DNA of 63,696 nt, filler included, from Phoronis australis (Eukaryota; Animalia; Phoronida), in the NCBI GenBank assembly GCA_002633005.1. It is 11 parts of 11 records of this genome, joined end to end, with 100 filler letters (N's around TTAATTAATTAA, not from the genome) between each part and the next. Parts side by side here need not be neighbours in the genome. Positions count along the whole stretch, not along the records: positions 36,494 to 46,960 come from NMRA01001752.1; positions 47,061 to 49,675 come from NMRA01001720.1; 9 more parts are not named here. One strand, written 5' to 3'. Shown in pieces: positions 36,770 to 48,642 of this stretch. The notes beneath the pieces were generated by a model. It searched no databases. It was given only the letters and a program-made list of their open reading frames with translations, and was not told the origin of the DNA. Position 1 is the first letter of the stretch. Every line of letters starts with the position of its first letter. The position numbers and the translations under genes were made by a program.

Positions 36770-39150
36770 GTGACGAATCCCTCCACGTGACATGAAGGCT
36801 GCTGACTGCAGCCGAGCTCTTCATTCACTCTGACTTTTATGCAAGGCACCCACACGTTATTGCTGCTACTCAGAAAGAAAACTCTGTATCTTCGGATTTT
36901 CAAACATTATTCACTGTGGTAATGTCTCAGGAGGACAGTCTTGGAGACACTGTAAACGATGATAATGAAGCAGCCATTGTAAGAGAGGCAAAGCATCTGT
37001 GCCACGATGGGAAATGACTTTTATGCAAGGCACCCACACGTTATTGCTGCTACTCAGAAAGAAAACTCTATATCTTCGGATTTTCAAACAATATTCACTG
37101 TGGTAATGTCTCAGGAGGACGGTCTTGGAGACACTGTAATCGATGATAATGAAGCAGCCATTGTAAGAGAGGCAAAGCATCTGTGCCACGATGGGAATTG
37201 GAGTGGTCTCATGGCTGTCATGGGTCTGTCGTCTGTATTGAAAATGCCAGTAACAAGTGTATGTCCCGACGTAGGAAAAAGTGTTCATTCTCTTCATGGG
37301 GAGATCTTACCACGTGTATTAGGAAATGCTTCATGCAACAAATATGCGATTTTCTTGTGGTCTAGAGATGGAAATCTTGACAACCGACCCGGCGCGATTT
37401 TTGAACCAAATCATGTCGTAGCAGTTAGAATAAAAAACACACGCCCTGTACCTGAGTGTCAAATGAATAAAAAAAGATTTTGTGACGATTCCCAGGAATG
37501 TTCAAGAGCAAAGAAGCAGCACGCTTCCAGTCACCAAAGAAAAATAGGTGCCTTCTTTAAGGTAAAATCCCCACCTGTAACCAGTAATTCACTCACGCTC
37601 GAAACTCACTTAATAGGCGGCGCATCACGCACTAAACCTGGAGGTGCTTCAGCTTGGAATATAAAAAGTAACTCTGAAACGTCAAACACAGAACTATCGG
37701 ACGTCCTGGAGTCCCACAGTAGCTGTCCTACGCAGTTGGCAAACAGCACTTCTGAAGAAGCCACATTGCACACAGAGCCACTTGTGGTGAACGCTGGGAC
37801 TCACAAATCTGGTACTACGAATTTAGAACCATCGAGCCAGTCACAGGAGCTTTATTGTAGCTCTTCAGCACCAAGTAAAAACTCCCACACTCACCAAAAC
37901 AGTTCTTCTCAGTCCGCTCACACCATGCAAGAAAAACGTGGTTTACACGACATTCCCGAGCATCCACACCAACCTTCAAATCACGTCTTTCTTTTGGCAA
38001 GAAAAATCGTCAATTTCAAAAACAGTGGTTTATCTCATGGCCGTGACTGCATTATATTGAGGGGGAAGATAAGGTGTTGTGTCACATGTGCAAAAGCTTA
38101 CCACATGGGTCTGCTGTCTTCAGCAAAACAAGAGCTATCATTTGTTGTTACCGGTTATACCAACTGGAAAAAAGGCTACTGACAAGACGTCTGGCTTTAC
38201 GAAGCATGAGAAATTTGAGTGCCATAAAGAAGCAATGGAACGCACACTGATAGTGAAGTTGTCTGTCAAAGATGTTGCGGAACAACTGTCAAACAGCCCA
38301 CGGAGAGCAAAAAGCGAAAAACCGCAGAATGTTCCTGAAAATATTAACAAACATACGTTTTTTGGCAAGACAAGGTATACCGTTTAGGGATGACGGAGAT
38401 GAACAAGATTCCAATTTTATTCAACTACTCCATCTAAAAGAAACAGAGACAGATATTTTGAAATCATGGTTGTCGCAGAAAACAAATAAATATACGTCTC
38501 CAGATATTCAAAATGAAGCGATCAAACTAATAGCTTTAAAAGTTCTCCGAGAAATAGCGTCGTGCATTCGCGGCAGTCCTTATTTTAGTATACTGGCAGA
38601 CGAAACTACTGACGTGTCTAACAGCGAAAAACTCGTCGTTTGTATCCGATGGGTAGACGAATCATTACAACCCCATGAAGATTTCATCGAATTTGGCCGC
38701 TTGGAATTGATGGATGCCCAAACAATTACGTCACTTCTAAAAGACACACTGTTGCGGATGAACTTGTCTTTAAGCAGATGTCGTGGCCAATGCTATGATG
38801 GCTGCAGCACAATGAGTGGGTCCAAAAATGGAGTCGTTGTCAACATTAAACAGGAAGAACATCGCGCCCTGTACACACATTGTTATGGCCACGCGTTGAA
38901 TCTTGCCTGCTCAGATAGTATCAAACGATGCAAGCTGGTGGCAGATGCTTTAGACACCACGTACGAAATTACCAAACTGATAAAAAAATCTCCCAAACGT
39001 GACGCACAGTTGAATAAAATACGAGATGCGTTGCTTGACTGCAGAGAAGTGGGTAATATTCGGCAACTGTGGCCAACGAGATGGACCGTGAAGGCTGACG
39101 CTCTGAATCGTGTGATAGGTAACTATGATTGTTTACAGGAACTCTGGTAT
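36770..39150 (+). pseudogene. Decayed hAT transposase (TTF zinc finger + DUF4371, ZMYM1-like/Tip100 type) with an N-terminal vertnin-like OTU domain
   Basis: GDESLHVT*RLLTAAELF..DFYARHPH...WSG..AVMGLSSVL..PVTSVCP...LWSR...FEPNHVV (vertnin/OTU-like). Then RQFQKQWF..WP*LHY..D.VLC..C, GYTNWKKA..F.KHE...H (TTF finger), FLARQGIPFR, YTSPDIQNE, ILADETTD, GQCYDG, HCYGHALNL and PTRW. Stops, frameshifts and 3' truncation before the catalytic Glu and dimerisation domain. Confidence 0.88.
36831..37198 (+). repeat. 184-bp tandem duplication inside the OTU-like region (frameshifting)
   Basis: TGACTTTTATGCAAGGCACCC starts at 36831 and 37015; the copies differ at only a few positions. Confidence 0.9.
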
Positions 39151-39420
39151 ACAGATCAAGATGCGGTCTATTCCTCAGCTTCGGCAAGTTTAGACATAAC
39201 TTTAGTAATGTTTCTCCAAACTGTATATGTGGTGACCATCAATCTTATTCTCATGTTTTCTTCAAATGTCCCCTCATCGAATACCTGAGAGACTCTCTCT
39301 TTCGCGCACTCAATGAAAACCAATCAATGTTTGAAGCTCTCAATTTCTGTAATAATATCCCAACTAAGATTACATTATTATTGACCTTGTTCTCAATTAA
39401 TTCCTTCTAAGCAACGTTAG
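39150..39420 (+). mobile_element. LINE 3' fragment (zinc knuckle) abutting the truncated hAT transposase
   Basis: FGKFRHNFSNVSPNCICGDHQSYSHVFFKCPLIEYLRDSLF has the C-x-CG...H.FF.CP motif of LINE ORF2 C-termini, followed by an AT-rich 3' UTR-like tract. Confidence 0.55.
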
Positions 39421-41257
39421 CAAATTTTTATGTACCGTTTATAAACATTGTTGCTTCTGATTTCCATACACGAATCTGTACATGTTTTTATCTTTATATA
39501 TTCGTAATATTCTAAATATTGTAACACTTATATTAGATACTACTTAAATGTATATACCTCTATGTATATTAGTTTCATTTATGAATCTTCTACAACCCAG
39601 ATGTAATGTTTTCCGATTTCTGGGTTTGTCATTATTTCTTTGTATGTTCTGTGTATTTTTCAAAAAATATATATCACTAAAAAACATTTGGTCCAAACGT
39701 GAAGTTATATGCTCTGGCGCGATAAGTTTGGTTTTGGGTACATTTTTGGTCCTGNNNNNNNNNNNNNNNNNNNNNNNNNNNNNNNNNNNNNNNNNNNNNN
39801 NNNNNNNNNNNNNNNNNNNNNNNNNNNNNNNNNNNNNNNNNNNNNNNNNNNNNNNNNNNNNNNNNNNNNNNNNNNNNNNNNNNNNNNNNNNNNNNNNNNN
39901 NNNNNNNNNNNNNNNNNNNNNNNNNNNNNNNNNNNNNNNNNNNNNNNNNNNNNNNNNNNNNNNNNNNNNNNNNNNNNNNNNNNNNNNNNNNNNNNNNNNN
40001 NNNNNNNNNNNNNNNNNNNNNNNNNNNNNNNNNNNNNNNNNNNNNNNNNNNNNNNNNNNNNNNNNNNNNNNNNNNNNNNNNNNNNNNNNNNNNNNNNNNN
40101 NNNNNNNNNNNNNNNNNNNNNNNNNNNNNNNNNNNNNNNNNNNNNNNNNNNNNNNNNNNNNNNNNNNNNNNNNNNNNNNNNNNNNNNNNNNNNNNNNNNN
40201 NNNNNNNNNNNNNNNNNNNNNNNNNNNNNNNNNNNNNNNNNNNNNNNNNNNNNNNNNNNNNNNNNNNNNNNNNNNNNNNNNNNNNNNNNNNNNNNNNNNN
40301 NNNNNNNNNNNNNNNNNNNNNNNNNNNNNNNNNNNNNNNNNNNNNNNNNNNNNNNNNNNNNNNNNNNNNNNNNNNNNNNNNNNNNNNNNNNNNNNNNNNN
40401 NNNNNNNNNNNNNNNNNNNNNNNNNNNNNNNNNNNNNNNNNNNNNNNNNNNNNNNNNNNNNNNNNNNNNNNNNNNNNNNNNNNNNNNNNNNNNNNNNNNN
40501 NNNNNNNNNNNNNNNNNNNNNNNNNNNNNNNNNNNNNNNNNNNNNNNNNNNNNNNNNNNNNNNNNNNNNNNNNNNNNNNNNNNNNNNNNNNNNNNNNNNN
40601 AAAAATGGCGGCGTTCAGGACAAGTTCCTGAACTGATGAGCCGGAAATGTGGGTACGGAAATAACCGATGACAACAGGTAATCATACGCTCAGAGAGAAG
40701 GGTCAAATACTGTTAAAAAATCGCTTTTGGCAAGAAAGGCGAAAAGAATATAAAGAAAGGGTGTCGAAAATAAGAATTTATGTAGTAAGTATTTTCGGAT
40801 ATTGGAACCACATGGGCAGTTTGCAAGAAGGACTTCCGCTTTGGCTAAAGTGTTTATACTAATAACAAGTTTGAACAGAACACCATGCATGAGGTCTCTC
40901 GCGCATTCGTGGATGAAATTAAGCCAATATAGGTCGGAACTACTCCTCAGTACGTTTTAGAAATTTATGCATTGTTTTCACAAAACAAATATTAAGAACA
41001 AAATTCGCGGGTATTCTCTTGTTTTTACGTTGCCCACATTCTAAGTGTTTGTGGAATCGTTTAGTAGCCTGTTGACAGGTACATGTATGGTTACCATTAT
41101 TCATAAATTTTACTTACCTCGCATGATGTTTCATAATTAACTCTGACGTGTACCGTTGCTATGCAGAAAATTTACACTCATAATTTATGCAAACGCCGAA
41201 TACAGTATAGAAGTGATGTGACCTTCAAAGCAGATGCAGTCGAAAAACTATACTTAC

Positions 41258-41355
41258 AGATCGCCCGTAGCACGTAGATATGCACGCTGTACGTCAAGAA
41301 GTTCCCCAAAATCAACGTTTCCGTCTTTATTCTTGTCAGCATAATTAAAAGCATC
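41258..41355 (-). CDS. Exon of an EF-hand calcium-binding protein
   Basis: Minus strand TTTCTTATTTTAG|GATGCT...GATCT|GTAAGT encodes DAFNYADKNKDGNVDFGELLDVQRAYLRATGD, with a canonical 12-residue loop DKNKDGNVDFGE. A possible last exon is 40778-40844. Confidence 0.7.
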
Positions 41356-42599
41356 CTAAAATAAGAAAACATTTCCATCATCTGAAAGAAGTTGGACATT
41401 TCTACTGGAGATTTCCTAAGGAGTCCCCATCAACTTAAAACCCTCGGAAATTATTAGAATTGACCAGTGCTAAAAACCAACAAATTTTGTTAAAAATCGC
41501 CAAGGCTTGCCACTGTATGACTGTAATTGGCTGACGTCAAGGCCGTGTCTATACCTGATCGCTAACCGTAAAAAAGATTCCGCGAGCTTTAGTTTCTCGC
41601 CAAGAATGACTCTTTTAAAGGGCTGCTAAAATAATTCAAATTTATTGATTTCTTGTCAACAGAGACGTGTCCGAACTACACTTACAATGGTCAAATGGCA
41701 ATAAAATGAAATCTGGTCCGCATTTTTTATTTGTTAAAATCACCGATTTCATATAGAAAACACCACAAAGCAATCCCAGCAGTCGATCATATGTCAAATT
41801 ATAACACCCACAAACACCATCTGATGATATGCTAAATAGCTGATATCGAGTTCTGAGCATTTATTGTTCGATACATACTACGTAAAGTCGGGACAACCAA
41901 TCACAGCACCAGCCATCCTGCATTGTATTTAGTGAGGCAAGTCGCCAGATATTGCGTTGCTCGTTTTCCGTTGGTTTACGATATAATAAAGAATGGCAAG
42001 GAGATGTGTTTGTGGTGGGTGTGACAAATTAGTGTTTGAGACCATGCAGTGGACCTTTTAACTTTTCCACGTGACATCGCCCAGAAGCGCAGATGAAACT
42101 CGTTTATAAAACAAACTGGCGTGTTGGTAGACATGACAAACTGGCGCTGGGTACGTTCAGGCGTCACACTCATGTCCGAGGATCTGAGAAACTTTCATTT
42201 GAATCCTACTTTCTTCCATTTTTTTCGTTTTTTGGATACTGAATTCACGATGTTGACAATGTAATCACTTATAAAAACAAGGTAAATGATGGTTTTAAGC
42301 ACTTTGGGTTTAAAAACCCATAACCGATGTTTCATTCCCTGCTGCAGTAAAGGCAAGCAACACGACACACTAGCAATACGATGTTCAGTTTGTCATCAAC
42401 AAGGAAACCGAGGAATAAGATAGCGGAAATGATATGACGGCGAGCTCCAGGACAAAGACATTTTTTAAAAAGTGCCTCAGTATCTTAAATTAGCGCATTT
42501 TACAATATGTATGCTTTACTTCAAAACAATATTTTGTTTTCATTTTATCATTTATGACCCACGAAAAATTTACACGTACATGTAAGTAGAAACAAATCC

Positions 42600-42904
42600 C
42601 CACCTCTGACGGAAATAGCACTGACTTGAATGTTTCAATCTCACGTGCAATTTCTCTGCGTGGTCTTGATTGGCATTCCGCTAAATCTCGAGATTTCCGC
42701 TATTCAGTGACAAAAATCCGGAAAAGGAGAAAGTGGGAGATCGTAGGGCCAATAATTACAAAAATTCTTTACCAGAAACAAAAAATCCACTCTATTACTT
42801 TAACAAATGTTCAATTCCAAATTAACGCATGCGCAGTCTTGCGATTAAGCAGAANTTTTTTAATCAAAATGTATCGATTGACCCTTTGCACGAAGTCATC
42901 ACTG
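42600..42904 (+). promoter_or_regulatory. Probable GPS2 promoter and non-coding first exon
   Basis: Cluster of ETS-like CGGAAA, E-box CACGTG, CCAAT/ATTGG, TCTCGAGA and NRF1-like CGCATGCGCA (about 42826). Donor CTG|GTAAGC at 42905 lies upstream of the acceptor at 43403. Confidence 0.5.
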
Positions 42905-43404
42905 GTAAGCCTATGCTGGGAATATACTTTAAGATTTTAACTTTTCAATACTTTTGATTAAAGATATATACCACATGCTATTAAACGCTCTCAGAAACCT
43001 GAACTCAGGCACTGCAAAACCAGTGACGCACATGGCTGTCAAAGTGGGCACGAAAAAAAAGTTAAGAAAACTTATTTCTCGCAACCACCTGAAGGTCACG
43101 TATGTGGGTGAAACACTGAAAGTAGGTGCCTACTCCGCCAATTGTTGTATTATTGTCTGGCCGAGACAGGTTCGAGCTATTTCAGTGTCAGATGTCAGAA
43201 TTATTCCTAGAGGTACTTGAAACATTACGTCCGTACAGGACGGCGGTAATCTCCAGAAGGCCCCGACTAGAAGTTGCGCTTGCAAATGTTAATTATTTGA
43301 ACTAACAATATGTCTTAAGAACTACTTTTAGCTGCTGAGTCATTGCACCATTTTATTTGGCTTTTGATTGAATAGTCATACTCGATAATTTTGTTATTCA
43401 CAGA

Positions 43405-46400
43405 ATGCCTGCTTTGATTGAACGACCCAAGATGACCAGGGCGATGTATCAGGCTTTGAAGAGGCATATTATGGCAGAAAGAGAGAGAAAAAAACAAGGT
43501 GACTAGGATTGGAACAATTGCAGATGTCCTCGTCACATTCACATAAGCTTAAAAAGTTATTTTTTAGAATTAAAAAAAAACCTTGTTTGGCCTACAAACA
43601 CGTTGATTTTGGTCCCTGTGCTTTGAAAATAGAGACGGTGTTATGATATATCTTTTTAGTTGCATTCATTTTCAAAAAAAAAATTCCACTTGCAATGGGC
43701 AAAAAGGATTTTTATTTTTTCCATCTTTGGCTGTATCTCCTTTATCCTTTGCAAGACCTTTGAGAAATTTAGCAGATGTGTTCCTATATGGGGATGGCAA
43801 CAGATGACGGCGAGTGTCAGACAGATCCAACAACAGCTGTGCTCACTAATGGCAATGTTATTTTTTACATTTGCCTAGAAATTTTAGAGTTCCTTGATGA
43901 TTTTTCATGAAGTTTGGCAAGCATGTTTATATCGTGAAGGTGACAGCACCTTTCGGTTTTATGCGCTCACATATTTATATGTGAACGCATTTTGCCGTCA
44001 TCTCCGGCCGGCCGTCTGGGCGGCGTCTGTCCGGCGTCCGCTGCTCTATCTCCAAAACCGTTTGACATACGTTCATGAAGTTCGGCACATGTGTTCCATT
44101 CATTAATGGGACGGCGTGAGGGAACTTTCGGACGGATCCGACTACCGGTGTGCCCCCTAGTGGCAATTCTAATTTTTTATGCTTACTTTTGTATCTTCAA
44201 AAGTCCTGAATGGATTTTCATGAAATTTGGTATGTAGGCACCTACTGTATTGGTAAGATGACGCTATCCTCCCATTTTCGGATGGATTTGATGTAGTTTG
44301 CGCCACCTAGTGGCCATTTTTACTGTTTTTTAGTCTGTTTCTTTGCGTCCACTCCTCTATCAACCAAACCACTCAAAGGATGATTGTGAAAATTGGCATG
44401 TATGTGCTTACTATGAAGAGGACGGTTGACGATGATTTTCCAACGATTTCGACTACTGTGGCACCTCCTAGTGGCAGTTTTTTTGCACCTATGGCTGTAT
44501 CNCTCCTAAACCATTCGCAGGATCTTTACGAAATTTAATAAGTATATTTATATGACGTCAACAACGAATGAGGATGACTTTTGGATGGATCCGACTATCA
44601 GTGTGTCCCCTAGTGGCAATTTTATTTTTTTACGTTTACCTTTGTATCTTTAAAAGTCCTCAACGTATTTTCATGAAATTTAATATGTAGGCACCTATTA
44701 GTGAGATGACGCTATCATTCCGTTTTCGGATAGATTCGACGTAGTTTGCGCCACCTAGTGGCCATTTTTTCTGTTTTCGAGTCTGTTTTTAGCGTCCACC
44801 CTTCTATCAACCAAACCGCTCAAAGGATGATTGTGAAAATTGGCATATATGTGCTTACTATAAAGAAGACGAATGACGATGATTTTCCGATGATTTTGAC
44901 TAATGTGGTGCCTCCTAGTGGCAGTTTCCTTTTGTTGCGTCTATGGCTGTATCTCCTAAACCATTCGAAGGATCTTTACTTAATTTAAAGCAAGTGTATT
45001 TATATGATGTTGACTACAGATGACGATGACTTTCGGACAGATCTGACTACTGCTGTGCCCCCTAATGGCAATTTTAGTTTTTAACTCAATATCTTCAAAG
45101 GTCCTCAACAGATTTTCATAAAATTTTAAATATAGGCATCTATTGGTGTGATGACGTTATCTTCCTGTTTTTGGATGGAATCGAGGTATTCTGCACCACC
45201 TAGTGGCCATTTTTGTTGTTTTCAAATCTTGTTTTTGGCGTCCACCCCTGTATCAACCAAATCATTTGAAAATTGGCATATGTTCTCAGTGTGAAGATGA
45301 TCTTTGATGATGGTGACTGACTACTGTGGCGCCTCCTAGTGGTAGTTTTGTTTTGTGCTCATAGTTGTAACTCCTAAAACCACTGCAGGATCTTTACTAA
45401 ATTTAGTAAGTGTATTTATATGAAGATAACAACAGACGGCGATGACTTTCAGGCGGATCCAACGGACACTGTGCCCACTAGTGGCAATTTCATTTTATTC
45501 TGTTTTCCTTTGTTTCTCTGAAGTTCTGTGACAGATTTTTATGAAATATGAAATGTTCCTGTTTTTGGATGGATTGTATGTTTTTGCACCATCTAGTGGC
45601 CATTTTTATGATACAAATAAATAACCCTAAAAGCACACCATTTGCAATTGCATTCGTGGAGGCATTTCAACGCTAGTGGCCATTTTAATTATGTTTTAGT
45701 CTGCTACTGTATCTTTCAAACTGTGCAGAGGATCATTATGAAAATTGGCAGATGTGTTTCTTCTGAAAAACGCCACATTGTTCTACTTGACAAATGAAAA
45801 TGAGAATACCTGGGCTGGGACGATATCACGTGCACCCGTTGTGCACTAGTAAACACGCGCTTGGTGATTCTGCCTTGTGTGTGGGTTGGCATTATACCCA
45901 TTGTCTTGCAAGTGGCCACACCCAGAAATGTACTGCTAAATCACATGGCTGGACCAAAATACGGAAAAAGACTTTGCACCTGGAAATCTTGTGGCGGCAC
46001 CAAATAGACTCTATGATCAATCCAACTAAAATTTTAATATTTTATTTCGCTAATAATGATAACAAGGACAACCGTTGTCATTTATATGTGTTTTCAATGT
46101 TATTATTTATTAAATAATCTTGGTTAAAATTACACCGTATAATTCGAAGTCAGTTCCAAGTAATATGGTATTTTACTCAGTGTGAGCACATGGACCTGTC
46201 TTCTGCCTTCTCTCCCCTTTTTGTTCATTTCGGACTAGTCCACAAACTCTTTTGTGCAGGACCACAAAAATGTTCGGAGTGCGCTGCAGTACAGGGCTGT
46301 CATGTTGAGCGCTTGTCTGAATGCGTATGGAGTGTACTGTTACAGTAGTACAGGGTTGTCATTGCGTGTGATTTTATGTGAATACTATTGGTGTGCACTG

Positions 46401-46546
46401 TTAGTACAGGGTTGTCATGTCGACTGTTCGTTTCCGTAGCTGAAGAAGAAGCGGATGCAGAGTTGGAACGTCAGAGACAAGAAGAAGAAATAAAGCGTAA
46501 AAAGGAAGAGGAGCACTCCTTAACCCTTGAGCAGACAAAGGAGCAG
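43405..46546 (+). CDS. GPS2: G protein pathway suppressor 2, first two coding exons (43405-43498, 46440-46546); remainder not in this contig
   Basis: MPALIERPKMTRAMYQALKRHIMAERERKKQ|AEEEADAELERQRQEEEIKRKKEEEHSLTLEQTKEQ matches the GPS2 N-terminus (MPALLERPKLSNAMARALHRHIMMERERKRQ...MSLEETKEQ). GT-AG intron, phase 1. Confidence 0.92.
43957..45690 (+). mobile_element. DINE-1/Helentron-associated (HINE) element, copy 3, in the GPS2 intron
   Basis: Same 5' structure (TTTTATGCGCTCACATATTTATATGTGAACGC, GTCC-type microsatellite) and 3' block as 30279-31627, with one additional higher-order unit of about 448 bp. Confidence 0.85.
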
Positions 46547-46829
46547 GTACTTGGTCAAGCCTCATGGGGCATTCCCCGTATTTGATATGATATTTTTTCC
46601 AAGCTTCAATGTCCTTGCTCTCTTACCATTATCAGGTGAGCTTGAAAAGGAAATTACTCCACAATAGTTGTGAGAAACGGAAGCGTTGTCAAAGCATCTT
46701 GACTGGGTTTTCTGGACCAGTCACCTTTTTCAATTTTGAAAGATATTTGACGTTGGTGTTGGCAAGTTTGTTCAAGGTTGGTGTGAAAAAAACTGAAAAA
46801 GTTTGGTTCAAAAAAGTTAAAAAACTTTA

Positions 46830-46960
46830 TACAAGCTTGAATGATTTTATCCAAGCTTGAATAATATAGGCCAAGCTTGAGTAGTGGAGGCCAAGTTTGA
46901 ATGATATTGGCCAAACCTCAATAATATTGGGCAAGCTTAAATAATATTGACCAAACCTGA
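46830..46960. repeat. Degenerate minisatellite of about 20 bp (AATAATATTGGCCAAGCTTG-like)
   Basis: About 6 copies running into the linker. Confidence 0.7.
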
Positions 46961-47368
46961 NNNNNNNNNNNNNNNNNNNNNNNNNNNNNNNNNNNNNNNN
47001 NNNNTTAATTAATTAANNNNNNNNNNNNNNNNNNNNNNNNNNNNNNNNNNNNNNNNNNNNGGTGGTCCTGGGGGTGGGGTCCACGATAAAATAAGGAAAC
47101 TCACTCATCTAGAGAATTTTATTGGAAACAGCATAGTTTTGAAGAGAAACTGCTGTGAAAAAGTCACTCTTGACTTCTGTGCATCACGTACCATACACCT
47201 CTTATTTTGGGCGCACCCCACCCAGGACAATATGAATATGTGCTGTTAGCCTACCCGGCATCGGGTGAGTTTCCAAAAAGAAACACTTAGTTCCACTCAA
47301 TAATGGGGTAACTGGTGGGGATAACATCACCGAACGATGTTGATAGAAACTGATTGCTAAAAACTTAC

Positions 47369-47533
47369 CAAGTAATGTTGTGTAGTCTCCGAATGGAACT
47401 GCATAGTCATAGAGCACACACGGGGCTTCAGCATCCACACACTTTTTGTCAGTTAGTTGACCCTGTTGACCGCAATTGTCCACGAATATAGTAACCTTAG
47501 GTCTTTTGGGAATTTGTGGCCACCTGTCGAAGA
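47369..47533 (-). CDS. Candidate 165-bp symmetric (phase 1-1) exon of an unidentified gene
   Basis: Minus strand CCCTTGTGCAAG|TC...CTTG|GTAAGT with open frame VFDRWPQIPKRPKVTIFVDNCGQQGQLTDKKCVDAEAPCVLYDYAVPFGDYTTLL. Confidence 0.4.
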
Positions 47534-48333
47534 CTTGCACAAGGGAAATTAGCAGTAATAAGGCTTAGCGCGACGACGTATTTTGATAAAAATTCCATCT
47601 TTTACCAGTTGTTTACATGTAGAAAGCCACGCATGCGCAATTCAATCACCACTAGTACAGCAGCGACACCGCGAGGAGAATTCTCCGAATAGCCCCATTG
47701 GACAGCACTATTGATCGCCACGCCGACAGGTCATAAGTAAACACCTTTAACAATATTTCACGATATTCAAATGGATGGAAAACGACAAAGAGATTATAGT
47801 CATCACGAACTTGACAACGATAAAGAAATCATTTGGTAAATGCGGCCAACCATACATGTAGCAAATAAACGACAAGGAAGTGGTGTGTGAGCCAATTTCC
47901 TGGTATCCCAGAGACTCCAGCATTTTGGCGGATACGGTAAGTGGATTTGCCTACCTTTCAGTCCTTATTACCATTTCAAGAATCCATGATTCTGAAAGTT
48001 CTCATGAAGTTTACTTAGTTAGACAGCCACAGATGTGATAGCTTTTAGCAAATTACTGGCAAACGTTTTACACACCTACAAGTGGGGTGCAGGATGGACC
48101 ATCACTCGCTCAGTGTTTAGTATTCCGCTTGCAAATGAATGTGCAGAAATGACGACTGACGAGAATGTTTGTCCATGCAAGCCAGGGGCACGTTAAAATC
48201 CGCTTCACCGACGATGTTGTTTTTGTGAAAGGTCACGGGCATTGCAATCTGATGGATGAATTAGCATTCCTTTTGTATTGTTGACACTACTGTGGTGGGT
48301 TGTTATTATCTCCTGTCCTAAGGTAAGTAAGTG

Positions 48334-48642
48334 GATACCTTTACTACCAAGGTGGCGCGTCTTTCAATAATTTTTGAAAAACAACTCGTCCACCAATGAA
48401 AGTTTTAGTTTTTCAATTCCTTGATGATCGCAGGTACCCACTGTGCGCACGTAAATAATGGTTTGTTGAGAAAAAGAAAACAATCACGTGACTAAAAACT
48501 GTAATACATTATTTCCGTGCGTACAGTAGACAGTAGGTTTTTGCGATCACCATGGATTTGAAAAATGTTTGGGATCATGGGTTTATGAATTGAATTCAAT
48601 AAGATATTTAAAAAAATCGTGACCCTTGGTAGTGAAGGTATC
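48334..48642. mobile_element. MITE with TIR of about 19 bp (possibly Kolobok-like)
   Basis: GATACCTTTACTACCAAGG / CCTTGGTAGTGAAGGTATC (18/19 inverted match). Confidence 0.6.
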
